A stretch of 62,566 bases of DNA, the filler included, from Gonapodya sp. JEL0774 (lineage: Eukaryota), in assembly GCA_027604505.1 (NCBI GenBank). It is 22 parts of 22 records of this genome, joined end to end, with 100 filler letters (N's around TTAATTAATTAA, not from the genome) between each part and the next. Parts side by side here need not be neighbours in the genome. Positions count along the whole stretch, not along the records: positions 14,308 to 17,065 come from JADIIX010001701.1; positions 17,166 to 19,922 come from JADIIX010001702.1; positions 20,023 to 22,776 come from JADIIX010001703.1; positions 22,877 to 25,630 come from JADIIX010001704.1; positions 25,731 to 28,479 come from JADIIX010001706.1; 17 more parts are not named here. The stretch is one strand, 5' to 3'. A program made the position numbers and the translations under genes. Each line of letters begins with the position of its first letter. Position 1 is the first letter of the stretch. The notes under the pieces are model-generated. The model was not told where the DNA came from. It worked only from the letters and a program-made list of their open reading frames with translations, and made no database searches. Of the stretch, positions 14,308 through 25,832 are shown piece by piece.

Positions 14308-14526
14308 GCGATGGTGGATGCCGACGACGCCGACGATACCGGTTCTGACACCGTATCCGTGGCCGAAACCGAGAGCGGAACGGGAGCCAACTCGCCGTTT
14401 CGTCGGCACTTGAACACGTTGCTCGAAACGTCCGGGTTCGCGCAGAAACGAGCGGCCAAGATGGACGTGACGGAGTTTTTGGGACTGTTGGAGGTGATGG
14501 AGAGTGGGGGGGTGAGATTTGGGTGA
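14308..14526 (+). CDS. DIM1: 18S rRNA dimethyladenosine transferase Dim1, C-terminal end
   Basis: LLETSGFAQKRAAKMDVTEFLGLLEVMESGGVRFG matches the Dim1 C-terminus (L...GF..KRA.KMD..DFL.LL..F...GI.F). Confidence 0.78.
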   Translation, partial: AMVDADDADDTGSDTVSVAETESGTGANSPFRRHLNTLLETSGFAQKRAAKMDVTEFLGLLEVMESGGVRFG

Positions 14527-15004
14527 ATGGGCCTCGTCGAGGACAAATCTCCAAGTTCTCAGGTAATTGAAGTCAAAGCTTGAAGTGTACTACTGTGACT
14601 GCATCAATATGTACATAGGGGAATGTTCTCCCACCCGCATGCGAATGACATGGTTATTCTCGCTGCTAGTTCTGGTCCGCGTATCTCAATAGACTTATGT
14701 AACGGAGACGACTTTTGTCCTACGTTGTGTTCTCCGTGGAAGTTGCATGTGATGTTCATGACGGCAGGAATTAGAGGAGGCGGAAAAAAGTCTCCCGCAA
14801 CTCCCTACGACAATGTCACGCCAGAACAGAAAGCGCCTTGCAGCAATATCGATATCAGACCCGGATATCTTGTCGTACTGCATGGTGAATAGTTGGTGAT
14901 TCGATTACCAGTATAGTCCGACTATTCTGTCAGGCAAAGAGTGAAAAGACCACGAGATCCGCTTCAAGTATATCGATTCAATTAGCAAAACATCAAAGTA
15001 CTGG

Positions 15005-16009
15005 CTACTCCGCATTGACCGTTTGATCCGCGTCTCTGAACAGTTTACACACTGTCTTGTGCACCCCCCAGTCCGCCTTGTGACACTCGGGAGAACAGTA
15101 CCACACCTTCCTGCACGCCGCACACGATTTCAAGAGAGCAAAGTACTGTTTGAGTGTGTCAGGCTGGTTGGAAAGAAACATGGGGTCCTTTGGGCAAGTG
15201 GTTCTGGCACACTGCATGCTCAGGTCGTGGAGCATTTTGTCGAAACGCTCTTCCTCAGAAAGTCCGTTTAGAGCGTTTTCTGGATGTTCCACTAAGTTTA
15301 ACAACAGTGTACACGAGGAAATGAATGTGTAGCGTGTTCCGGAGTGAACCGCTACTGTGCTCTCCTCTGGCAACCGTTTCCACAATTGATGTTGCTGTAT
15401 CCAATCCACGGCCAGGTCCTGATGTTCCATTAGAAATTTGTAGAAAGAGACCTTGTCATCACCCCGCAGATTAGTGATGGTTTGAAGGAGGCAGGTGAGG
15501 ACCGGGCCAAATGCGACAGCCCATCTAATATCTTCGTCATCACCCCGCTTCAGCACATCACAGAGCGCTCCAGTGGTATAGAATGCAAAAAGGAGCAGCG
15601 TTTTGAGGTGACAATGTGCGTCTGGGAGCAGAATTCTCCTGGAAGCTTTGGCGGTGAAAAGGAGCGCCAGGTAGTTCATCGTATGTATATCGTCGCTGTC
15701 TTCAACTAACTCCATGGAAAGATATGGTTTCGCAAGCTTTGGTACGAAGGACGATGCAGCGATGGTGTTGAATATTCGGCGGGAGTTGAGATACTGATCA
15801 GGGAACGGGAGCTCTGGCTCCATCAACGAAACGGAAAGGGCCACGACATCGTCCCAAAGCGGATCCAAATCTGTGAGATCATTGATTCGATTGAGGGTCT
15901 CGAGTGGCCGGTCTGGAGAGAGCCGAGAGAAGACTGAAGGTGCCCGGATGACAGGTGAAAATTGTGTTCTTGCTTCGTCTGCCCCCACCCGAGGTCGATT
16001 CGCAGCCAA
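15005..16009 (-). CDS. MYND zinc-finger protein
   Basis: C-terminal CARTTC...LKSCAACRKVWYCSPECHKADWGVHKTVC. Confidence 0.85.
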   Translation of the reverse strand: MAANRPRVGADEARTQFSPVIRAPSVFSRLSPDRPLETLNRINDLTDLDPLWDDVVALSVSLMEPELPFPDQYLNSRRIFNTIAASSFVPKLAKPYLSMELVEDSDDIHTMNYLALLFTAKASRRILLPDAHCHLKTLLLFAFYTTGALCDVLKRGDDEDIRWAVAFGPVLTCLLQTITNLRGDDKVSFYKFLMEHQDLAVDWIQQHQLWKRLPEESTVAVHSGTRYTFISSCTLLLNLVEHPENALNGLSEEERFDKMLHDLSMQCARTTCPKDPMFLSNQPDTLKQYFALLKSCAACRKVWYCSPECHKADWGVHKTVCKLFRDADQTVNAE

Positions 16010-16626
16010 AGCCTCCAGTGGCGGAACTTACAGGGGAGAGGGGAAGAAATTGGCGATGTATCCTTGTCTGGGAACACAATGGGGAGCGGATCATCGACCG
16101 GGCAATGTTTCCCCCCCCCACTCCCTACACGGCACATCGATACAACTCACTCTCGCTCTCCATTTTTGTCTTCGTCTCCGCACGCTTTCCGATTCTGACA
16201 GGTTTGCTCGGCTGGTGATGGGGGCCACAGCCACACGACACCAGTTCGCTCCCACACACAGAGTTTCCCGATACTTTTACGGACATACTTGGTGAGCAGA
16301 CCGGACGCCCCGACTCTGACGCGCGGGACAAAATGGACGGAAATCTCGTGCGAAATGGGCCAAATCTCTCCGCGGAAAATCGACGATTTGGAGGAGATTT
16401 CCTGCTCGTTGGGTGTGCGAACGACTGCATCCATCCATCGATTCTGGTCGGATTTCCAGCGAGAATCGGGCCAAATTCGATACAAATTTATTGAAAAATG
16501 GGCTGGAATTCATATTGAGTCGATGTGTTTTTGTTTGATGGGGTCGTTTGTGTTGTTGCTGAACAGTGGTCGTGGTTGTGTCCTGTACAGGCATCCCGTC
16601 ACCGTTACTCTTTGACGTCAGCCGCA

Positions 16627-17065
16627 ATGTCTAAGTTCCCCGCGATTCTCAACCGTGAGTATCAAATTGATCGTGAGGACGGGACATGTTGGTTGGAACG
16701 GCACATTCACTGGCGCAAGAAGTACTGGGCGTTAATTGGAGAATCGACCAGACAAACACCAAAAGAAATTTCACCGAATAATCATCGATAAAAGCGAAAT
16801 GAAATGGCGGTGGTGTCTGTGGAATTCGGGAGTGAATATGGGAGTGAGAGGGTGGTGGGACGTTGGGAGGGCTCCACACGACGACAGGCACGGCCTCCAC
16901 ATGTTTTCCTTCTAGCATGCTCGGAGACTCTGTTTTTGACCGATTTAACATTTCCTCGATGATCCTGGACACCACTGACCTCCTCTTCCACCCACCCTCC
17001 GACTACAGCGTCCGCTGAGGACATTCAAATGCTCCTCGCCGCCCAGGCCCACCTCGGCACCAAGA
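16627..17065 (+). CDS. RPS0: 40S ribosomal protein uS2 (S0/SA), 5' end; exon 16627-16654, intron 16655-17008, exon 17009-
   Basis: Manual splicing gives MSKFPAILNP-SAEDIQMLLAAQAHLGTK. GTGAGT donor, CTGAC branch point and CAG acceptor are present. Confidence 0.93.
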
Positions 17066-17253
17066 NNNNNNNNNNNNNNNNNNNNNNNNNNNNNNNNNNN
17101 NNNNNNNNNTTAATTAATTAANNNNNNNNNNNNNNNNNNNNNNNNNNNNNNNNNNNNNNNNNNNNACGTTCATTCACTCGCTCGCCCCATATTGAATTCT
17201 CCCTAACGTCCGGTACCGGTACTGCACACTTTGACGTCGTTCGAATGAAACAG

Positions 17254-18719
17254 CCTATAATCGCAAACTGTCAATCATTGGCCCGAACTGCTCCATGTGC
17301 TGGTGAGCTCGCAGTGGGGAGCTCGGGTCGCCAAAGAGCGCGCATTCCGGCCTGAGAGGAGAGACCGACATCGGTTCTGTCTGACCTTACCACCGCCCAA
17401 CTTTCATAGCACAATCACGAGCTTCTTTGGAATAATATTCTTGGTAGGTGTCTTCTGGCAGAGTATGACAGAAGGACGCGGGAGGCAGGAGCTCCTTTGG
17501 TTCGTAGACAAGTGGGAATTATAGGATGGACAGGCAGTCGAGTATTCGCCGAATTGCATGTCGGAGTCTCGTGTGGGACCACCAAACAGTGGACCGGGAC
17601 GTCCCTACTTTGCTCTGTTGAGCAACCTCATATGCGCATTCCGGAGGAGACGCGCGGTCCTGTCGGCGCCGGTCCACTGCTCCTTTCAAGAGTGCAAGAG
17701 TACCGAGAGAAGCGAAAGTACTGGAATTTTCTATATTCCTCGAACCCCGTCCGGCTTCACCATCTCCTCACACCACTCACCGTCTTCCACACCTCCCACC
17801 CCACAGTCCATCCTCGGCGGTCTCTGGTCGTCCAGCTCCGACATGCTCCGCCGCACCGTCGGATTAGAGAAGGACTACAAGAACATCGGAACCAGCTGCT
17901 TCGTCGCCGTGGCCATCTACGTGTTCTTCTTGGCGTGTTGTTCGTGTCAGGTGGGTTTCGGGTGTAGGGTTGGACGGTTAGAGCGTTTGGGGGTGGAGGG
18001 CCTCGGAAATCGAATTGATGTCGGGAGAATCGTTGATGGGCGAAGATTGATGGGGGCTCAGCTCGATCAGTTTCGAGTCACCGTACCGTACCTACGGCAA
18101 TATGGCGACATGCTGATCCGAGTCGATAGCGAGACTGCATCATGTGGTCATTTCCAAAACGGGTTTGAGAACCCAAACAGGGATTTCTTGGGGCTCCACT
18201 GGTCGAATAAAGCCGGAGCCTGAGTGCCTCTTTATTCGCGGAGGTAGTTCCACGTGCAGTGCACCTTGCATCCACTGTGATTTCCTTGCGGATGGAAGCT
18301 GCGTTGTAGTGTTTTGAACCCGTAGCAGGGTCATGGATGGAAAAGTCAACAATCTTGTTGGGGCGGATGAAGTTTTGTGATTTTGTTGAAACTCTCTCTG
18401 CCGAGCGACGCGGTGTATGTTGGTGGGCCTGGGGTGGTCCTGTCGTCCTGTCACTGTGCGCGCGAGAGGGTGGTGTCCCATGTCGTGCGGATTGTACCTT
18501 CCTGTCTCTGCGTCTCTCGCTCCGTGTCTTCCACCTGCTTAACCTTCCTCTCCCCACACCGCTCGACCACCTACCCTCCCACCGTGGTTACCCTTTCTGT
18601 CGACCGCACACTCTCTTTCCTCCCTTCACCACATTCCCGAACGACAGTACTGGTATCGCTCCAAGATCGTTGCTCAGGAAGAGGCACTGGCCAAGGCTGC
18701 GGAGGCGTCGGACTCGTAG
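17254..18719 (+). CDS. V-ATPase Vo subunit f / RNASEK (RNase kappa) homologue, multi-exon, start codon not located
   Basis: Spliced product: AYNRKLSIIGPNCSMCC-TITSFFGIIFL-SILGGLWSSSSDMLRRTVGLEKDYKNIGTSCFVAVAIYVFFLACCSCQ-YWYRSKIVAQEEALAKAAEASDS*. Two TM helices with the GP.C..C..S.FG.I.L and CF.A..IY.....CQ patterns. Confidence 0.78.
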
Positions 18720-19297
18720 AGATGTTGTGCCCGGGCCGGTGCGGTGGTCTTTGGATGTAGGAAGTTGGCCCACATTTGGAGGTTCCAACTTCCCTCTTCT
18801 CCGTGTGTTTTCGTGACGTAGTGATGCATATGTATTTGGTGCGGGTTTACAAATCATTTGGGTCTGTTCTTTCTTTTGACGAGCATGCACACTCGATCTC
18901 CATATCATATGTATGATTGGAACACAATGTGACATCGAGCAGCACATCATTCACGGAGAGATGAATCGGGGACGGGATCTACGTTTGGATGGTGCTAACG
19001 TCCCACATAATGCTGAAGTTTGAATCTGGCATCGTGTCGACTGTCGCACCGGGACAATAACACGCTCTCAAAACCCTTTAATCGCCTTTGATTGGGCATC
19101 TTTGCTGAGATGTCGAAGATGCGCTTCTTCCACTATTACCCTGACCCAATTCAAAACGCTTGGTCTGCCTGCTTGACTAATGCAGGTCCGGCTAAGAGAT
19201 TTAGCGCAATACGGATCGGCACAACCCTTTGAAGCGTGTGCTCGCTAATCTTTTTGACGAAACGCGCCGAAAAACAGGCGTCATATCGCCCGTGGCT

Positions 19298-19305
19298 TAT
19301 AAAAA
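19298..19305 (+). promoter_or_regulatory. Putative TATA box
   Basis: TATAAAAA about 110 bp upstream of the ATG at 19413. Confidence 0.4.
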
Positions 19306-19412
19306 GGCACCAAGTTGATTGAGAATTCAAATATTCACATTCAATCTCCAGCAATCGTCAATTCTCAGTCACTCTTCGCCACTTCCAAACTTTCATTCTC
19401 GTCGTCTCAAGC

Positions 19413-19733
19413 ATGTCGATTCCTCTTACCGCTGTTGAACTCGTGAAGGCCCACCCCGAAAACGCGCTCATCAAGAGTGGTGAGCATTCCATCTCCATGT
19501 GGTGGCTTATCGCAATCCTGCTCGTCCGATGCCTCTTTCTCACAGTCGCTCCTTCTCTTGTGCCTTCTTCCTTCCAGTTGATCTCCCCAAGTACAGCCCT
19601 GCCGCGTCCGAGGCCCTGTTCCAAGCCGCCGTCGATGGATTGACTAAGGCTGGATTCATCGTGTACCCTGTTGCCAACAAGGCCGAGGCGCTGGAGAAGC
19701 TGAAGTCCCTTGCGCCAGAGGGTGCCAGCATCT
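19413..19733 (+). CDS. LUD-domain (lactate utilization/YkgG/DUF1121-like) protein, 5' exons 19413-19479 and 19578-19733
   Basis: Spliced: MSIPLTAVELVKAHPENALIKSVDLPKYSPAASEALFQAAVDGLTKAGFIVYPVANKAEALEKLKSLAPEGASI. Matches the bacterial LUD N-terminal pattern L...GF....V....EALE....L.PEG.S. Confidence 0.68.
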
Positions 19734-20022
19734 GTGAGTTGGTGTTGTGTGTGGGATCGATTAATGGACGCAGACAAATGAGCAGAAACGCGACTGCACT
19801 TTGAAAGAGTCTCTGGGCGAATTGCGTGGCTCACCAGTGGCGTGGATGAGCACCATAGGCGGCCATCGCGAATGACAGCTCACGATCTGTCAATGTTTGG
19901 TAACCCCATCTGAAGCCTCATTNNNNNNNNNNNNNNNNNNNNNNNNNNNNNNNNNNNNNNNNNNNNTTAATTAATTAANNNNNNNNNNNNNNNNNNNNNN
20001 NNNNNNNNNNNNNNNNNNNNNN

Positions 20023-22290
20023 AAGAGGCATTACCACAGTTGTTTGGTGGACAAGATGAGCTAGATCCACCTGTTGAGACTGAAATTTCTGAGGTGAGTA
20101 GTATATGCACATTGCATGTTGGCACTTTTTGAGCCCAGGCACGCAGATTCATTTCATGCTTGCCAGACCTATGGTAGGAAGTTGTCCGAGTGAGAGTGGT
20201 CTGGGGAGGTGCACCCCTTCCATTCTGCGTACCACTTCTTGGACGGGATTCCGTGGAGGACAATTCCCTCAATCTGGTGGTTGGCTGTGTGAAGTGGTGT
20301 GGGCATGATGGGTTTGGAGGGTACCTAAGCCGCTGGGTGTGTCTCTGCTCTGGGACTGCCATTCCCCCCCAGCCCTCCAGGTGATCCACAGGTACCTTGG
20401 GGTCCTCAAGCAGAGGGTTGCTTGGTTGTGGCAAGTTCTCCGCCGTATTCCGCTGACGAGACGAAAGTGGTTGGTATGTAGACTGATGTTGGCAGGGCAA
20501 GGGGCACCTTCAGTACCTGCTGCAGCCCCCTAAAAAACTGCCACCAGTGGAAGCACTGATGTTGGGGGAGCTGTAGTTGCTGGGGGGCGTCTCATAAGAG
20601 CAATAGCTGTCTTGCTGTGAGGAACTGTAACACCCTCTGCTGCGGAAGCAGTATTCACCTTGGGACTTGAATCCGCTGCGGCTGGTACCCACCACGTGAG
20701 TCACTGTACCGTGTACTTTTCCCGTGCCCACGAGTGGTGTTGGCGCTGTCACAAAAGGGCTTCAATTTTGTGGCTTGAATATTGGTGAGTGCCGATGATA
20801 ATTCCTGGCCGGCAGTATCCAGCATGGGGATGTCTTTTGCAGCAACAAGCTCCAAGGGCCTGCTAAAGTTGTAGGTGCCGTCAGGGAGTGTCAGCCTAGT
20901 GCCGGACCAGAAAGGTATGCCCCCCGAGCAGTTGATCTGTGAGATGAGCTTTGTCTTGGGGTCAGCAAGTTGAGCACGTTCTTGACCCTCTGGACAGTAA
21001 TGTCAGAGGTGAGGACCAGACTGCGCAGAGTGTTCAAGACAGTGGTGTCCAGAGCCTCCTCAACCATCCGTAGGTGCTTGGAGACTTTCCGCTTCAGACA
21101 AAGCGCGAGTGTGAGCTGATGGACCATGTCAAGTGCTGTTTCTTCAGGGGAGACATCTGGCTCCTCAACTGCGAGATTGGGGTTGACTGGTTTGGATGGT
21201 GCCAAGACTGCCAGAGGTTTTTCAGTGGATGACGCTGGTTGCTTTGTAAGGTCAATGCCATGCACAAGCTCTACAGCACTGCAGATGTCTTCAGTGAGTC
21301 CATCTGGTGTCTTGAGATTGGCTTGGAGATTGTCGAGTGTTGTCTGTAGTAGGTGGGTGGTGAGGAGGGCAAACTCATCTGCATTGTCCAGGTTCTTCTG
21401 TTGAGCTTTGAGGTCATTGATGATGGCCTGCTGATCTTTACCGCAGAAATGAGATGCTGCCCTTTTGAACACGTCACTGAAGAGATTCTGCAGTGCTTGG
21501 AGTGTCATTACTTCGGTGTGGAAACTGTATGGTTTCAGCAGAGGGTGGAGAGCCTTGGTGTGGTCGCTGGTGAACTTTGCTTTCAAATGATTAAGACAAT
21601 CCTTCCCAAGCAAGTGCTTGTCCACAGCAGGGTGAACAGTGAGCTTGGGAGGTGTGTCTCCGAACCTGTATGCCACACAATACGTGAGGGCCATTCAACC
21701 CAGCAATGTGGGGAATGGGGTGTCCTGAACCTGGCAAATGCTGAGGCTGTTTGTCATCTGTGGACCGAGGACTGTGTTTCCACTTAGAAATGCGGTGGTG
21801 CTCCTTCTCCTTGCCAGTTTCAATGTTGGAGTCTGTCTCTGGCTCTTCAACATAGTCTTGGTCGTCTGTGGGAGAGCAACTTTCACAAACGTCCATGACT
21901 CCTCAGGAATGTAACTTAGGCCCATTGTCATCTGACATGTCTGAGGTGGTGCGGCTGTAAGCTTGTGTGATCCTCCATACTGGAGTTAGAGGCCTGTGAG
22001 CTTGCCGCATTCCAGCCATGGCGCATGAGACAACGGCGTTCACGGCTTGCAGTAACATCCTCTTCGATGCGTTCGGACAGGCTTGACATGTAGCGAGCTC
22101 TGTAAAGGCGTGTTTTGCTCTCATGGCGCTGCGCCTGGACTCCAACCAACTCGACTTGTTGGCGGAGATGGCAAAGCTCATTAGCATGTTCCTCATCTGT
22201 ACAAAGCAGCTGTTGCACTGAGACAGGGTAGGATAAACGCACTGAGTGGGGAAAGTCACCAAAGGTGGGACACTGGAAGGAGCAGGCAAC
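20023..22290 (-). pseudogene. Decayed, CpG-depleted repeat-derived ORF, possibly a DIRS-type retroelement gag region
   Basis: Overlapping broken minus-strand ORFs (21928-22242, 20891-21694, 20655-20855) with stops and frameshifts, no clear introns, a helical region followed by an Arg/Gly/Ser-rich tail, and few CpG. No RT motif seen. Confidence 0.4.
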
Positions 22291-22776
22291 TCAAGCTATG
22301 ACGAACCGAACTCGAACCGAACTCAGCACAAAAAAAGATCGCCAAAACGAACTTCGGAGTACACATTCTGTGATCAAATCGAACCTCGAACTCTGACATC
22401 CTTGATCAAACCGAACTCTGATCAGAAAATTGATCGTTTTCGAACTTTGATCTTAGCTAAACTAAACCAATATAACAGTAGAACTTCAATCTTCATCAGT
22501 ATTAAAGTCATCATCTGACTCCACATCCTCCCATTTGCTCTCCAAAGGAGCTTCTTTCCTTCTTTTTGCCTTTGAATGAACCTTCCACCAATCCCCCAAC
22601 AACACAAGCTTCCTTACGTTTTCGGGTTTAAGACTGCTTTGTTTTTTAGTAAGAATTGATGAAGACAATGAGAAGAGACGTTCAGATGGAGCACTGGTCG
22701 CTGGTATGCAAAGGTAGTCTCGAGCCATACGTGCAAGATCTGGAAGCTTTCGAGCTTCAGAGTCATTCTGCGATTT
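22291..22776 (-). mobile_element. hAT DNA transposon 3' end: transposase dimerization domain plus subterminal repeats
   Basis: LPDLARMARDYLCIPATSAPSERLFSLSSSILTKKQSSLKPENV is the hAT C-terminal dimerization motif (stop at 22486). Repeated CGAAC(C/T) / AACCGAACTC motifs at 22302-22450. Confidence 0.88.
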
Positions 22777-22876
22777 NNNNNNNNNNNNNNNNNNNNNNNN
22801 NNNNNNNNNNNNNNNNNNNNTTAATTAATTAANNNNNNNNNNNNNNNNNNNNNNNNNNNNNNNNNNNNNNNNNNNN

Positions 22877-23568
22877 TCGCCCAGGTACGAGGTCCACCCG
22901 TAGACGTTGTCCTCCCTGAGCCAAAGACGACACCCGGGCGGAACAGGGTCGGTACCGAACGCGGATCTATCGTCGAGCATCGGGTAAACGAGAATCTGAC
23001 CACGAAGCGGCATCGCGTTGTCCTTGGCCATCTGGGCCACAGCCGCGGCGAGACCACCCCCGGCACTCTCCCCGCCCACGGCGATGTTGTTCCCATCCAC
23101 CAGGCCATTTGCCCCGCTGAGAAGCCACTTAAATACCGCGAAACAGTCCTCCGCGGCGGCTGGCCCGCGGTGAGTGGGTGCAAAGCGGTATGCGGGCAGA
23201 GCCACGACGGCGCCCAGGGCCTTGGCGAATCGGGCACATCGCGGGATGCTGAGATTCGGAGTGCCCATGACGAGACCTCCACCGTGGATCCAAAGGACGG
23301 CGGGAGCTCCGGTCGGCTTTGGGCTGGCCGGGATGTTCGGGGCCGTGATGCTGTCCGGTACGATCAGAAGGGTTTTCACGATTCCGGATGCCGATCCCAC
23401 GTGGATTTGAGAGACAGTGACACCCGGGACTTGGGGTACGGGGGCAAGTCGCAAGAGCCACTTCATGGCGGAAAGAGGCAAGAACGTTCGGAAAATGTCC
23501 ATTTGACGACCGGCCTTGGCCAGCTGGGGGTGAACGACGATATCGTGAGGCACTTCTCCGCTGGTCAT
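22877..23568 (-). CDS. Alpha/beta hydrolase, HSL-family esterase/lipase (3' partial)
   Basis: VLWIHGGGLVMG oxyanion motif, YRFAP, IAVGGESAGGGLAA nucleophile motif, QILVYPMLDDR; no introns in the visible part. Confidence 0.93.
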
Positions 23569-24541
23569 TGTGTGTGAGAAATTTCAGTGGTGTCGTGTTT
23601 CCGAATTTTCGTTGGCGGTGTGTGGTTTTGACAGGTTTGTTGCGGATAATCGGGTACTTCCGGCCGAAGAAAGGGGGACAGAAATCAAACTGAATCTTTT
23701 GAGGGACATGACGTTTTCTGAAAGACACTATAGCTCCCGGTGGACGTTACGTCATGCCGAAACGACGTTAGTCCGTGGGAGTCTCGCCGTTTCCAACATC
23801 CAAATTGTAATGATCAGTACATCCAGGATGATTCCACACTTATCCGAGCGAACGCCACCCAGATCCACAGGGTACAACTGCACCACTGAAGCGAACTTGC
23901 TTTTTAACACTGAGTTTATGTATGTAACACACTCGATCCAATTAAGTGCTCGTTCGTTCCATAGTCCTTTGACTATGTATTGGGAACACGAGTGATCCGT
24001 AAAGATGTACAAATGCAATCATGTAAAGGCGATCGACCTTTCTATATTGAGAAGACTTTGCTCGTGATATGAATACAGATGTTGGTACTGGACCTGGGAG
24101 AGCAACGATGACATTTGAGGTGACGTCACTCACACCGAAGCCGCCCTTGAAACCCCAACCGCTTTTCTCTTATCGCTTGTTGACCGTTTCGGCTCCTCAT
24201 CTCTGGGCGCGTCGCCGTTGCTCATCTGACTCTCTCGCTATATCAACACCACTTCATCCCTCCACAGCCGCCTCTTCCCCGCGGCATGGCGCGAAACCCT
24301 CATCAACCATCCGGAATGCACTTGCACCGAGCGTCACTGCATTGTGTAACAACGTCTACATTACTACACTGCCTTCATATATCTCCACTCGGTCTCCTCC
24401 GTACATCCCCAAATATCCCGCCGGGTACCCCACGGGATCACCCTAGTCACCCTCACCCCCACCCACTCCAACCTACCAACCCCCATCTTTGCGCTCCATG
24501 GACAATTGCGACTCCGTCACCCTGTCACCCAGTCGGAGCAT

Positions 24542-25604
24542 CTACTTCTTCTTAGGCGCGGCGGCGGCGGCGGGTTCTTCTTGGCCGGCGAGGGCTGGTG
24601 GAGTGGTGGGTGTGTGCGTGTGTTGGAGGGTGAGTGGAGGGATGGGGTGTCAAGAGGGGGAAATCACAAAAGAATATGTGTGAGTCCAGGTACATGCTAC
24701 GACAGTACACTCCACGGGTCCATCTCCCTTTCCGACCCGTGTTGTCCATTCTCCGTTCTGCTGATCCCTCTTCCGGTGCACGGTACGGGAACCCGAGCCC
24801 GACCCGACCCGTGGACCATGGTCATGGGGGCGACCGGCGACCTCAGTGCGCGGTCACTGTGCGCCAGTCCGTCCGGTACGTGTGCATGAAACCGATTCCC
24901 CAGTTCCCCCCGCGGCAGTAGTACACCACACTCTGGACCGGGCCGGGGATTCGGGGGTTCGGAGGTTCGTGGTTCAGGGTTGGGGGTTCCGACAACGCAC
25001 CACCGGCCCCACACGGTCACGTTGTTCCCCGCGCCCCCTTCTGCCACCCCCGTGCGGTCGTCTCTCTCGATTCTCCACGCCCACGTGCAACGTGCCGCCC
25101 ATTCGTCCCAGCCATCAGCCACGGCCCACGACCCCCGCAAACGAACCCAAGTGCGCAAACTATCCGATCCGCCGCCGACGGAGGTGGACGATCAGCTTGA
25201 ACCCGCACCGCCTCCCCTCGCGGTCCCGTCGAAACCACCAAATGCACAGAGTCCGCCCCACCGGGACACATCGACACCGCGTGAAATCCGAGGATCCGTC
25301 GTCCGTCGTCCGTCGTCCCGTAATTCGGTGGCTGTCCTGGGATGTCCGGTGGGGCGCACGGCACACGGCACGCGGGGGACATCCGGTTAGGTCCCAGCTG
25401 GTCCCGTGCCCGGTCCGCCGTTGTGACCCCGCCCTCCGGTCCGGTACCATTTCGCGGTACATGCGCGCTGCCGCGAGCTTACATGGTATACTCCCGTCGG
25501 GGTCCGCTGTGGGTGGTGCTCACACGGCATCCTGTCTGGTGCACAGGCGGGGGAGGGGGGGGGTCATGTGGTCACGTGGGAGTACTCACCAAAGTCAAGG
25601 AGGG
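24542..25604 (-). CDS. 3' end of an unidentified gene built from microexons (25590-25604, 25524-25535, 24542-24594)
   Basis: Both microexons have AG acceptors and GTGAG donors; the last exon has a CAG acceptor. The phases join in frame to LLDFDRMPSLAGQEEPAAAAAPKKK*. Confidence 0.55.
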
Positions 25605-25832
25605 CTGAGGTGGAGGGCGGGGGTGGGGGGNNNNNNNNNNNNNNNNNNNNNNNNNNNNNNNNNNNNNNNNNNNNTTAATTAATTAANNNNNNNNNNNNNN
25701 NNNNNNNNNNNNNNNNNNNNNNNNNNNNNNGAGACCACGAAAAGTTGACATGATTCTACTATTAATCGCTCTAAATGATGTCCCATAAACCACGATTCAA
25801 CCACACAAATGAACAGAGTACTGCTGATGATC

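Noticed and set aside
16330..16410. Short inverted repeats (GGAAATCTC...GAGATTTCC) between the MYND gene and RPS0
   Set aside because: Only 7-9 bp arms. Could be promoter elements but cannot be distinguished from chance.
16655..17008. Possible intronic snoRNA in the long RPS0 intron
   Set aside because: No convincing box C (RTGATGA)/box D pair with a terminal stem; the CTGAC is better explained as the branch point.
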